From positions 90,703,098-90,739,674 of the forward strand of contig NC_068981.1 in the NCBI RefSeq assembly GCF_001194135.2: a DNA stretch of 36,577 nt, in the 5' to 3' direction. The notes beneath the pieces are model-generated. The model worked only from the letters and a program-made list of their open reading frames with translations, was not told where the DNA came from and did no database searches. Both the position numbers and the translations under genes were made by a program. Position 1 is the first letter of the stretch; each line of letters opens with the position of its first letter. Source of the DNA: Octopus bimaculoides (taxonomy: Eukaryota). This document shows positions 1 through 11,440 of the stretch, piece by piece.

Positions 1-6
1 AACATC

Positions 7-498
7 TGTATAACAAGAATCAAGGCCCTGGCATCGACGCCAAAACACAACTAGTGATAAGCTCTGCCACACTCAGCCTTTCCTCACTTTCACATACAGA
101 ACTTTTCCTATAGTGTACTAACAATCTGGTATAATTGCTCACGTGTTATTGACTCTCTTTCTATCTGCTGTAAACTCTCATACACACATGTATCACTCAC
201 ATACACACTTTTCTTTGTATGACTGCCTGTCTTTGATTATGTTCTTATATGTCGCATTCACACTCACTCACAGACATACATCTTTAACGCCACAATAAAT
301 ATCTCTGTTATTCATCTTATTTCGGTTGTGGTCTTTCATTACTGGTCATCTATGTTATCGGCGTATAACATATTATGTATATCATCATTTGATATAATAT
401 TTGTATGTTCGACCGTGTGACACGTTTAAATAAAAGGAGTCCTGTTTTTCCATTCGTCACCATTTCTCCTTTTATGAGTTCACACAGTTTCCCTTACA
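7..498 (+). mobile_element. Probable LTR (5' LTR of a tRNA-Trp-primed LTR retrotransposon)
   Basis: TGTA at 7; AATAAA at 429-434; ends CCCTTACA at 498, followed after 2 nt by a PBS. The left boundary is uncertain and may lie before the window. Confidence 0.6.
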
Positions 499-708
499 AT
501 TGGTGACCCCGACGTCGGTCTTCCCTTACAACTGGTGACCCCCGACGTTGATTCGTTCATACAGACCTTCTGATCTGTACAGCCAACGCGAGCCTGTTCA
601 CACAGTTTCCCTTACAATTGGTGACCCCCGACGTTGATTCGTTCATACAGCCATTCTGATCTGTACAGGTACAGCCAACGCGAGCCTGTTCACACAGTTT
701 CCCTTACA
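476..708 (+). repeat. Tandem repeats of the LTR-end/PBS junction
   Basis: TTCCCTTACA ends at 498, 530, 616 and 708; the first three are followed by a PBS. The last two units are ~86-92 bp and near-identical. Confidence 0.85.
501..515 (+). promoter_or_regulatory. Primer-binding site complementary to the tRNA-Trp 3' end
   Basis: TGGTGACCCCGACGT matches the first 15 nt of the complement of eukaryotic tRNA-Trp(CCA). Variant copies with one extra C lie at 533-548 and 619-634. Confidence 0.8.
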
Positions 709-1672
709 TATATATATATATATATATATGTATACATACATATATATAGTTTGAGTTTAATGATTGCCTGTAGGGCAGTGCAAATATACGTATTTTATGA
801 TTTAGTAGATTTAATAGCATTCTTGCTTTTTTTTTGTTACAAATTAAAATTCTAAAGGAGACATGAGCTTTAGTTAAACAGTTAAAAAAGTTAAGTTGCT
901 TGCAGTTTCGAAAAATAGCGTGACCCGCGATTTGTAGATTAATCTGACAATCTTATTCGTGAGATAAACGTTAAATTCACCCGCCTTATCGTTTTGTATT
1001 TCCGCCCACGAGCCAATGAGGCAGCCTCTACGTGTCACTCGACCTGCTAGAAATAGTGAAAAAGAACATGTTAGATAACGTGTTCCTAAGATCCTTGCAC
1101 ATAAGTACAAAAAAAAAGGGTGGGGGTGATCACCGTTGGAATGGATTTTAACCCCCGAGCAAAACAATACTTTGAAGCTTATAATTCATATTAGCGTCGG
1201 CAAACGACAGCATAAATAAATTAATATTGGGCCCAGGGTCTCAGACGTAAATTTTACCAGAGTGAAAGAGATTACTTTTGAGTCCTACATCAGAAGTGAG
1301 TGTGGCTTTCGCTTTCAGACATTTATGAGGTCTCGATTTGTATCTCTAGGTTGCAAGCACCATATAGGGTGAACTCCACTGTCACTGGACTTGATTGGGC
1401 TCCTAGACAAGTGTGTTCTCAATGAACAGGGACCAACATTTTATTTATTGACAGCAGAGCATTGGGCATCAGGAAATGTGAAGTCCCCGGATAACTGTTC
1501 AGTGTTTCTGATCCTTGAATGAATCCCCTTCTTTGCTGATTAAATGAAGTTGTCACATTCGTATTTTTAAAGATGGTTGTACTTGGTGATGTAGTCAAGC
1601 TTATTCACATATGTTTGACATTCACCAGCGTCCTGTTGCGCCAACACTTGCACATGTTCTGTGTTACTTTAA

Positions 1673-2043
1673 CCTTTACACCATAAGTAACTTCCAGCAC
1701 TTATTTTTATCTTCTGTTGCTTCAGTGGGGGTGGCAAAACAGTAAAAAAAAAAAAACAAGAAACATATTCCAGTTTTTCTTCTAATCTTTTATTATCTTT
1801 TTGCATTTCTGCAAATATTTTGCTCTACAAATTTTATTCTCACTTTGTTTTGAATCACGTTGCCTTTGTTTCAATAAATTTCATGAATAATGAAGAATTT
1901 AGTAAAATCATTTTGTATTTCTTAAGGGGTGTGTGGAACATATACTAACACGAAATTTTGATAGGCTTTAATTTAGATCACTTTATGACAGAAAGTTTGT
2001 ACCTTAGAGCCACTGGTAGTCTCACGTGGGTTGGTATCAAGAG
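1673..2043. mobile_element. Putative TTAA-flanked MITE (piggyBac-type), degenerate
   Basis: TTAA at 1669-1672 and 2044-2047; imperfect termini CCTTTACACCA ... TGGTATCAAGAG. Confidence 0.4.
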
Positions 2044-2640
2044 TTAAACAACCTTCACTATGGTAACAAATTGATGACTTGAAGCAACAAGAGAAAGAAT
2101 GAATGCAACATAATTACATGAATGAAGGAAAGTGAGTAAAATATCAAGAATTTCTAGAAGGAACTGAATACAAGAAAATGTGAACAAAGAACAGCTATTC
2201 AGTTTGGGAAATGTTCAAAGAAAGTGACATCAGAGATGATTTAGTACTTCTACAAAACAATACCTGAAGTAGCAAGATTTTTTTTATTAATAATAACCTC
2301 AATGCTTTGTGTAATGATTATAAAAAATTCTTCAACATAATAAAACAATAATTATGAAAATAAATAAATTTATGCCTCAAAAGTTGATGTAATATGGAAT
2401 TTCCATGTGGAGTGTTCTGTTATTATATTAATGTTATACTATCCGACAAAAAATATCTCGACGGAAAATTACCACTTGTGAATCAGTGCTAAACAGAGTA
2501 ACACTAAACAAGGTACCAACATATTGGATTTTCTTGTATATTGTTGTATCACTAACTGGGTTAGATTAGCTTTTAGCATTGATTAATATTGTGCTTTGGT
2601 ATCAAATAGAATTTATTTTTAGCATCAATCTGTTAGGTAT

Positions 2641-2883
2641 TTACATACTACTAGTGAAATTGGCTGAGTGCTTATGTGGTATTTTATCTATTTCGTTTTC
2701 ACATGATTTAATTAGAGGAAGTGATGCAATATCAAGGATCTTTTTCAGACCCTCCTTATCTGGTTTTGGAGGAAAGGTATTATACTTAGACCTGAGATTG
2801 GGACCATATACTCCCGAAAGAGTAAACTCTACTAAAGGTACCCAAGGGTCAACTAGTCCCTTTAACAGGCTTCCACATAGTTT
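2641..2883 (-). CDS. Candidate coding exon of an unidentified gene (KLCGSLLKGLVDPWVPLVEFTLSGVYGPNLRSK...ANFTSSM*)
   Basis: 80 open codons in non-repetitive DNA after a CAG acceptor (AG at 2885-2884). It ends at TAA with a minus-strand AATAAA at 2612-2617, or at an A|GTATGT donor at 2648. No family recognised. Confidence 0.4.
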   Translation of the reverse strand, partial: KLCGSLLKGLVDPWVPLVEFTLSGVYGPNLRSKYNTFPPKPDKEGLKKILDIASLPLIKSCENEIDKIPHKHSANFTSSM

Positions 2884-3440
2884 CTGTTTACTAAATTTTA
2901 TTTACAATGCTTTGGTCAACTCAGGGCTAAAATGAAAACACATTTCCAAGGAACTGTGCTGCAGGACTGGACCTCAAATTATAGTGTTGCAAAGTGACTT
3001 ACTTAATTGCACAGCCATGTTGGTCTCAGCTTGCTAGAAATAGTTGCTAAGTTTCCCTCAAATCATACTCTGTTGCCTTTAAGGACACATTGAATAATAT
3101 AGTCCTAGGTGGACTTTGCCTGAGGAAAATATGGGATGTTTATGACTGGATGTCCTTTGTTCACTGGTTTCTTTGGTCAGGATTAATCACAAGCTAAGTA
3201 TATAACCATGACACAGAGAAATGATTCTGCATTTAGTATGTGCAAGTTCAGTCAGGGATTCAGTCCTGTATGGTTTGTTGGGGGAGGGTAAATCTCATGG
3301 CATTGGTGCACCCTCTGAGATTATACATGTATATATTCCTAGGTACATACATGCATATATCCAATTATGTGTCTCTGTGGATGCATTCATATGTACATGC
3401 ATTCATACATATAGTCAGACATACATTCATAATTCATACA

Positions 3441-3482
<42 letters not shown>

Positions 3483-3794
3483 NNNNNNNNNNNNNNNNNN
3501 NNNNNNNNNNNNNNNNNNNNNNNNNNNNNNNNNNNNNNNNNNNNNNNNNNNNNNNNNNNNNNNNNNNNNNNNNNNNNNNNNNNNNNNNNNNNNNNNNNNN
3601 NNNNNNNNNNNNNNNNNNNNNNNNNNNNNNNNNNNNNNNNNNNNNNNNNNNNNNNNNNNNNNNNNNNNNNNNNNNNNNNNNNNNNNNNNNNNNNNNNNNN
3701 NNNNNNNNNNNNNNNNNNNNNNNNNNNNNNNNNNNNNNNNNNNNNNNNNNNNNNNNNNNNNNNNNNNNNNNNNNNNNNNNNNNNNNNNNNNNNN
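3483..3794. other. Assembly gap within (TA)n
   Basis: Run of N flanked by TA repeats. Confidence 1.
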
Positions 3795-3830
<36 letters not shown>

Positions 3831-4157
3831 GTACATAAACACATGTTCACACATACATATATTCACTCATACATATATTCACACATACAAATGAATATGA
3901 GTGCATATACACAAAAGCCACATATCTAAACATTTTACTCAAATTGATACACTCAGAATATACACACATGTATACAGCTGTGCTCACACATTCACAAACT
4001 TACAGAATATACATGTATATCTATACATCTAAGCACACACACACACACACACTCTCTCTGTCTGTCTGTCTCTCTCTCTCTCTTTCTGTCTCTCTCTCTC
4101 TCTCTCTGAGAATGCTTCTTTCTGGTCTCTTTATCTCCTAGATATATATCCATATAT

Positions 4158-4335
4158 CATCATCAGCACTTAATGCCATGCTGGCATGGTTTGGGCAGCT
4201 TGCAAGGCCAGGGGCCCACACCAGGTTTCATAGTCTGTTTTAGCTTGGTTTTTATGGTTGGATGCACTTCCTAATGCCAACCATTCTACAGAGTGTACCG
4301 GGTGTCTTTTGAGTGGCACCAGCACCTACATCAAT
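4158..4335 (-). mobile_element. Degenerate RTE-type LINE 3' end
   Basis: Similar to the 3' UTR of the RTE at 24890-26105 (GGATGC..TTCCTAATGCCAACC..CAGAGTGTA). Confidence 0.7.
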
Positions 4336-4340
4336 GCTTT

Positions 4341-4508
4341 AGGAGTGGCTGTGTGGTAAGAAGCTTGCATTCCAACCACATGGTTTCGGTTTCATTCTCA
4401 CTGCATGGCACTATGGGCAAGTGTCTTCTGTTATAGCCTTAGGCTGACCAAAGCCTTGTGAGTGGATTTGGCTGACAGAAACTGAAAGAAGCCTGCTGTG
4501 TGTGTGTG

Positions 4509-4540
<32 letters not shown>

Positions 4541-5121
4541 CTTTTATTCTTTTATTTGTTTCAGTCATTTGACTGCGGCCATGCTGGAGCACCACCTTGA
4601 CCCCAGGACTTATTTTTTATAAGCCTGATACTTATTCTATTGGTCTGTTTTGCCGAACTGCTAAGTTATGGGGACGTAGACACACCAACATCGGTTGTCA
4701 AGTGAGAGGACAAACACACACACATACATATACGATGGGCTTCTTTCAGTTTCCATCTACCATATCCACTCACAAGGCTTTGGTTGGCCCGAGGCTATAG
4801 TAGAAGACACTTGCCCAAGGTGTCATGCAGTGGGACTGAACCTGGAACCGTGTGGCTGGTAAGCTAGGTACTTAGCACACAGCCACTCCTGCTCCTATTT
4901 TTATTTGTGTGTGTGTTTGTGTTTGTCCCCTACCACTACTTGACAACTAGTGTTGGTGTGTTTACATTCCTGTGACTTAGCAGTTCAGCAAAAAGGGCCA
5001 ATAGAACAAGTACCAGACTTAAAAAATGAAAGGTACTGGGGCTGATTTACTTGACTAAAATTCTTCAAGGTGGTACCCCAGCACAGCCGCAGCCTAATGA
5101 CAAACAAGTAAAAGAATAAAA
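4341..5121 (+). mobile_element. SINE family 1 (tRNA head + CORE-like segment), split by a nested opposite-strand copy
   Basis: Head GGAGTGGCTGTGTGGTAAG...GGGCAAGTGTCTTCT at 4341-4500; the 3' half resumes at ~4900-5121. Confidence 0.75.
4541..4895 (-). mobile_element. SINE family 1, full length
   Basis: On the minus strand: A-box GTGGCTGTGTGCTAAG, B-box GGTTCAGTCCC, CCTTGGGCAAGTGTCTT core, internal microsatellite, and tail ...ATGACTGAAACAAATAAAAG. Confidence 0.9.
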
Positions 5122-5170
5122 TATGCACACACACACACATACAGACACACATACAGACACACGCACAGAC

Positions 5171-5206
<36 letters not shown>

Positions 5207-5585
5207 ACACACAGACACGCACACACACACTGTGTTTGTGTTTAAATACACAATACCAAAATAAGTGTAACCTACTGATGACAAGGAAGATACCTCTTCA
5301 TGAAATTTGATTCAATAATTTTCTAAAATAGATTTTCAGATCTTCGCTCCCATCTAGGTCAGTTGGACATTTTTTTAGATATGAGGCTATTTTACCTATT
5401 TTGGAGGAGTCCTAGATATTTTTCTTCTTTGTTTTTAGATTGCTTAATGTTTTCTTACATGCTTCTTAGTAATCCAATGATTATTATGTTGGTGATAACT
5501 TTTTAACAGAATACGCTGCTGATTACTCATACAGTGACAAAGTTGCTCCTTAGCAATTTAAACCTGGTCAAGCATTTGTGTTCAT

Positions 5586-5851
5586 TTGTGCCTACACGCA
5601 CGCACACACACACACACACACAAATATATACTGATACATTTGTATATGTCCTTATTAATCTTATCTGTTGTGTTTCTTCTATTCTACAATGAATTATATA
5701 CATATATACACATACACACACATACACAAACGCATACTCACACAAATACACACACATATACTCACACACATATACACACAAACATATACACTCACATATA
5801 TATACACATATATATATATACACACATGCAGACACATATATACATGCACAC

Positions 5852-5898
<47 letters not shown>

Positions 5899-5995
5899 TG
5901 CACATATATATGCACACATATATACATACACATATACACACACTCACATATATATATATATATACACATGCACACACACACAAACATATACATGG
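5586..5995. repeat. Compound (CA)n/(TA)n microsatellite
   Basis: Directly visible; it generates spurious HT/YI/CV ORFs. Confidence 0.95.
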
Positions 5996-6039
5996 TCTGA
6001 TCAATAAGTATGCAGACTGTTGCCATTGTAACAAAGCTA

Positions 6040-7107
6040 ATGCACGTGGTGCAGATTGACCTTGAGCTCTGCTGGGCATGTGTACTAAGTTTTAACATTC
6101 TAGCTCATGTCCGCTGTTTACATCAGTGCTTGGAAGTACCATGTGTTTTTAGGAAAGTGGGTTATACATCATTAGATGTACACCTGACTTTCCTATATTA
6201 AATTAGAAGTGAACGGAACGCAGAACTCCAAACTGATCAACAACAACAATATTTATTTATGGTGGAAAATATACAGCTTCCAATTGTCTGGTTTCTGAGT
6301 AGCCTGAATGTAGATGTACTGTCCCTAGAGATGAATCGTTGGAGAGACAACTTGCTTCTTCCACCCTCAATGAGAGCTTGTTTGCTGTCTGGCGTGGTAA
6401 GAGAGAGAATAGAAACGGGAACGCTTGGATGTTGAAATCCACGCATGCGTGGTTAAAGGTGCAGTAATGGCGACTAGGCCTTTTTGGCGCCATATGACGT
6501 CACTACAATGGCTCCCCCTTGAGTGTGGAACACGAAATTAAAAAATTTTGGAGGGACGTCTGAGGTGAGATGGCCACCAAAACCACGCAGAAAATGCGGC
6601 ACAAATATATAAAGAAAAAAAACGGGTCACCACTTTAGGAAAGTGGGTTATACATCATTAGATGTACACCTGACTTTCCTATATTAAATTAGAAGTGAAC
6701 GGAACACAGAACTTCAAACTGATCAACAACAACAATATTTATTTATGGTGGAAAATATACAGCTTCCAATTGTCCGGTTTCTGAGTAGCCTGAATGTAGA
6801 TGTACTGTCCCTAGAGATGAATCGTTGGAGAGACAACTTGCTTCTTCCACACTCAATGAGAGCTTGTTTTAGACCGTCTTGCTTGTTCGCTGTCTGGCAT
6901 GGTAAGAGAGAGAATAGAAGTGGGAACGCTTGGATGTTGAAATTCACGTATGCGTGGTTAAAGGTGCAGTAATGGCGACTATGCCTTTTTAGTGCCATAT
7001 GACGTCACTACATGTTCATTGCATTGACCATGACAGAGAAAGTTGAGCAGAGAATCTGCATCAAATTTTGCCAAAAGCTTGGCGATGCCTGCTCAGAGGC
7101 GTACGTA
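6040..7107 (+). mobile_element. Mariner relic, 5' region and transposase N-terminus, interrupted by the TRIM
   Basis: ATG at ~7029 gives MTEKVEQRICIKFCQKLGDACSEAYVK, a typical mariner N-terminus. The left boundary is approximate and no TIR was recognised. Confidence 0.7.
6148..7012 (-). mobile_element. TRIM (terminal-repeat retrotransposon in miniature), complete
   Basis: LTRs at 6634-7012 (379 bp) and 6148-6507 (360 bp), both starting TGTAGTG on the minus strand. PBS TGGTGACCCG at 6632-6623; PPT AAGGGGGAG at 6520-6512; 126-bp non-coding interior; TGTT TSD at 6144-6147 and 7013-7016. Confidence 0.88.
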
Positions 7108-7497
7108 AAGTTTTCCAAAAGTCTTTGTCTTGACACAAAGAAATTTTGTGCAACTGAAACTTGAGTACTCTTTTGGTCAGCTGAAAGCATTTTTGGCACA
7201 AACTTGGCAGACACGTGTCTCATACCTAAATCTTCAGTAATAATGGACTGAACTGAACCATAACTAACCTACAGATCCTTTGATGACTCACGGATGGTGA
7301 TTCAACAATTTCTCCTCACAGCTGCATGCACATCTGCGATGTTTTTCTCAGTTCTTCTGGTTGCAGATCTCGCAGGATGCTCATCACTATCACCATTTTT
7401 TCGGCCATCTTGGAAATGTCTGAACCACCTGTACACTTGTGTGCAGTTCACACACTCCTCTCTGAGCAGCTATCATCAAGCTTTTGGATAATGGACT
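7107..7497 (-). pseudogene. Inverted mariner transposase fragment (HTH region to WVP-like motif)
   Basis: Reads TQVYRWFRHFQDGRKNGDSDEHPARS...ITEDLGMRHVSAKFVPKMLSADQK, with in-frame stops. Confidence 0.85.
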
Positions 7498-7511
7498 GAA
7501 CTGTATATATA

Positions 7512-7711
7512 TCATCATCATCATCATCATCATCGTTTAACGTCCGCTTTCCATGCTAGCATGGGTTGGACGATTTGACTGAGGACTGGTGAAACCGGAT
7601 GGCAACACCAGGCTCCAGTCTGATTTGGCAGAGTTTCTACAGCTGGATGCCCTTCCTAACGCCAACCACTCAGAGAGTGTAGTGGGTGCTTTTACGTGTC
7701 ACCCGCACGAA
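7512..7711 (-). mobile_element. RTE-type LINE 3' end with (GAT)n tail
   Basis: (CAT)n-CGTTTAACGTCCGCTTTCCATGCTAGCATGGG...; nearly identical to 26441-26607; cut by a gap. Confidence 0.85.
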
Positions 7712-7721
7712 NNNNNNNNNN

Positions 7722-9455
7722 GCAAGAAGAAAATGGAAGGAATCCAGAGGTAAAATTCATCAGCTGTTAGACATTATATTATGTCTATTCATTTATTTAA
7801 AACAGTTCTGATAATATATATATACATACATGTGTAAAGTACTAGTAATTTCTAGAAAAGAGAAAGAAAAGCAGTTTCTTACAGCTGTTTCTGCCAAGAG
7901 GTCACAGTACCCCACATGTTATTTCCATCTTGTCAATGTACTGTAGTGATTTGTAGGTAAAATTAGGGTAATTGGGTGTGCCTCTAGGCTTTGTCAGAGA
8001 GTTTATAAGAAAGTCTAAGAATTTCAGAGGGCTAACTTATGTATATATATATATATATACATACACACTCTCATACATACACACCCATACATACATATAC
8101 ATACATGCATGCATATATGCATGTACACACTTATAACAGAATCAGTTATTAGTTGGTGTAGTACAATAGTCTTATGAGAGAATGCATAAAAAGAGAATGA
8201 GAAATGATAGTATAATCAAGGTAAATAATGGAGTTTGAGAGGGGTACAGTTTTTTAGAAATGAAAAAGCACATAAAAGGAGAAATACATATATATGTATA
8301 TACACGCACACATATACACATATTTCATGTGTTAGGGAGGGTGTATTCCTGCAGTCTTTCATATTTTCCTTTCATATAAATATACACATATATATAAACA
8401 TACAATGTGTTTATAGTTGGAGGCCTGAGATCATAGTCACCATTAGGGGGTGAAAGTTTATATTAATAGTTTATATTACTAGTTATGATAGCAGTTGGTA
8501 CTAAGGGTAGTAAAGGTAGTAAATCTCTGGGCAGTTACCAAGATACTGTATTAGCTTAACCTATTATATTAGACCTATTATATTATGAACTATTATATTA
8601 TACTCACTAACCCATCCATTCATCAACTTTTTATTTATATAATTCTTAATCAAATTTAATTTAATTTAATCTAATTGAATGAAGTCTCAATATCAAATTT
8701 TACTCTCCTACCTACCCATAGTTAACCATGACTTATTTGTTTTTATGTTTTCATGCACATATATATATTTTTTATATAGATTGTTTGTTATCTGTTAACC
8801 ACTAACTAGCCATAATAGTGTCATGGCCTTTCAAAAAAATTAGCTGACCAATTAGATTATGGGAATGACCACATCCCCCCTCCTTTTATGTACCTTTTCA
8901 TTTCTAAAAAACTACCCTTCTCAAACTCCATTATTTACCTCGATTATGCTATTATTTCTCATTCTCTTTTTATGCATTCCCTAATAAGAATATTGTACTA
9001 CAACTACTAATAACTGATTCTGTTATAAGTGTGTACATGCATATATGCATGTATATGTATGTATGTATGGGTGTGTATGCATATGAGTGTGTGTGTGTGT
9101 ATGTGTATGTATATGTATATATATATATATACACAGGCATAAGTTAGCCCTCTGAACTTCTTAGACTTTCTTATAAACTCTCTGACGAAGCCTAGGGGCA
9201 CACCCAAATACCCTAATTTTATCTACAGATCACTACAGTACACTGAAAATATAGAAATAACATGTGGGGTACTGTGACCTCTTGGCAGAAACAGCTGTAA
9301 GAAACTGCTCTTCTTTCTCTATTCTAGAAATTGCTAATACTTTACACATGTATATTTATATATTATCAGAACTGTTTTAAATAAATAAATAGACATAATA
9401 TAATGTCTAACAGCTGATGAATACTGCCTCTGGATTCCTTCCATTTTCTTCTTGC
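7722..9455. repeat. Long inverted repeat (foldback): arms 7722-8281 and 8880-9455, spacer ~600 bp
   Basis: The arms are reverse complements along their length (e.g. GCAAGAAGAAAATGGAAGGAATCCAGAGG vs CCTCTGGATTCCTTCCATTTTCTTCTTGC), roughly 90% identical by eye. Confidence 0.93.
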
Positions 9456-9636
9456 CATATAAATTAAGAGTAAAACTACTTATTACCCTTGCTCAATTGT
9501 TATACTCAATAGTGTAATTGCCACACAATAACCAACACTTGTGTATTAATTGTGTATTCTACCAGTAGTATATTGGATAGATACTATCCCATAGTTGGTT
9601 GGATTCACAACTTCTAACTCTCTTTGAATATGCATA

Positions 9637-9674
<38 letters not shown>

Positions 9675-10230
9675 TATATTTATAAACTACATTTCATTGC
9701 AGTTTAAATGATTTATTTCTGTTCTTGTTACGTATGTATACTAGTATGTATTTGTTTGCAGATGTACATGTGTGTATTGATGTATGGGCGTATTTGTTTC
9801 AGTGTTTCGCTGTGTGTGTGAGAATGTATGTATATACCTATGTATCTGTATATGTGCATGTATGTTTCTATTTAGGTATGCATGTACGTGTGAGTATGTG
9901 TGCATGCATATGCATCAATAAGAATGAATGCTTTTCTAGTCGAATGTATCAGTCTTAGAAATAGCTTACAGAACAGATATTTATTAATATTCCAATGCAT
10001 TAGGTTGCAACTCAATAACGTCCATTCTATTTTGGTTATATATCCTACTGTATTGGTGACTATGAAGATATGAATGAGTGCTTAATTATTCAGCTCAAAC
10101 CATGAAGTCGGTTCAGTATTAATGCACCATGTATATGTATTCAGGGTGTTATTACTGCATATCCACCTATCAGTCAAGAGAAAGTATGACAGAGTTCCAT
10201 GTACCATATGTTTTACTATTTGTTTAGGTG

Positions 10231-10458
10231 TGGCGAGCTGGCAGAATCATTAGCATGCCGGACGAAATGCTTAGCTGTATTTCGTCTGCCGTTACGTTCT
10301 GAGTTCAAATTCCGTTGAGGTCGACTTTGCCTTTCATCCTTTCGGGGTTAATTAAATAAGTACCAGTTACACACTGGGGTCGATGTCATCGACTTAATTC
10401 CTTTGTTTGTCCTTGTTTGTCCCTTCTATGTTTAGCCCCTTGTGGGCAATAAAGAATA
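10231..10458 (+). mobile_element. SINE family 2, full length, with 16-bp TSD
   Basis: A-box TGGCAGAATCATTAG, B-box GAGTTCAAATTC, central CCTTTCATCCTTTCGGGG..AATAAGTACCAG. TSD ACTATTTGTTTAGGTG at 10215-10230 and 10459-10474. Confidence 0.92.
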
Positions 10459-10584
10459 ACTATTTGTTTAGGTGCCTTCTGTATAGATGTGAGCAGACAG
10501 ACACTCTTCTTGGCTCTTAAAATTTTGATCCGGCAGAACATCCAGGATGTGACAGAGGGAGAAAGAGGATTGCATCAGCACTTG

Positions 10585-10940
10585 CAGCATGGCTATATGG
10601 TTAAGAAGCTTGCTTCTGAACCAGATGGTCTTGTGTTCAGTTCCACTGTGTGACATCTTGGGAATCTGTCTTTTACTACTGCCATGGGCTAACCAAAACC
10701 TTGAGAGTGGAATTGGTATGGAAACTGAAAGAAGCCTCTTTTGTGTGTGTGTGATGTGTTGTGCTTGTCTCCTATCACTGCTTGACAACTAGTGCTGGCT
10801 TGTTTACATTCCTGTAACATAGCAGTTCATCAAAAGAGAATAAGTACTGGGTTGGGGTTGATTCATCTGACTAAACCCTTCAAGATGGTGTCCCAGCGTG
10901 GTCACAGTGGAAATAACTAAAACAAGTAAAAGATAAAAGG
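10585..10940 (+). mobile_element. SINE family 1, diverged
   Basis: tRNA-like head, CTTGGG core, GGAAACTGAAAGAAGCC and family-1 tail. Confidence 0.8.
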
Positions 10941-11440
10941 TAACAGTTTAACAAGCTGGAACAACAAGAAATGAACACAACAGGGTACTTGGTCCAGGAA
11001 TTGAACCTTCAACCTTATCATCATAAGCTAAACACCTTAACCATTAAGCCACATACCTTTACATATATAATATTTCAAGTTTGGAGAAACCATCCTTGTT
11101 TTAATGTCCACTTTTCCATGATCACATGGGTTGAACAAAATTTATTGAAGTGAGTTTTTCTCTAGTCATGTACCCTTCCTGTTGCCAACCCTCATCCATT
11201 TCCCCATGACCTGTTTTCACTTCTGGTCACTTCAGCCATGTAACCACATGTACTTTCCTTGGACTTTTTCCCTTCTCTCAAGACCTTTCCTCTCCTCTTT
11301 CTGATGAAGGGCTGTGCTTGAGATGTTATACATCTACTCTTTTTTTCCCACCTTTTGCTGAGCATCAACTAAAAACATTCCGTGTGTAAGTCCTTTTGAC
11401 TTTTGTTGTTTTATTTTTAATTTTCAGTTTGCCTATATAT

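Noticed and set aside
476-708. Repeat-spacer look resembling CRISPR
   Set aside because: The context is eukaryotic, the 'spacers' are duplicated, there are no cas genes, and an LTR/PBS explains it.
2579-2935. 118-aa plus-strand ORF
   Set aside because: It is the antisense shadow of the more protein-like minus frame, and no family is recognised.
6508-6520. TGGCTCCCC read as a tRNA-Asp PBS on the plus strand
   Set aside because: The TG start, Trp PBS, PPT and AATAAA all fit the minus orientation, in which this sequence is the polypurine tract.
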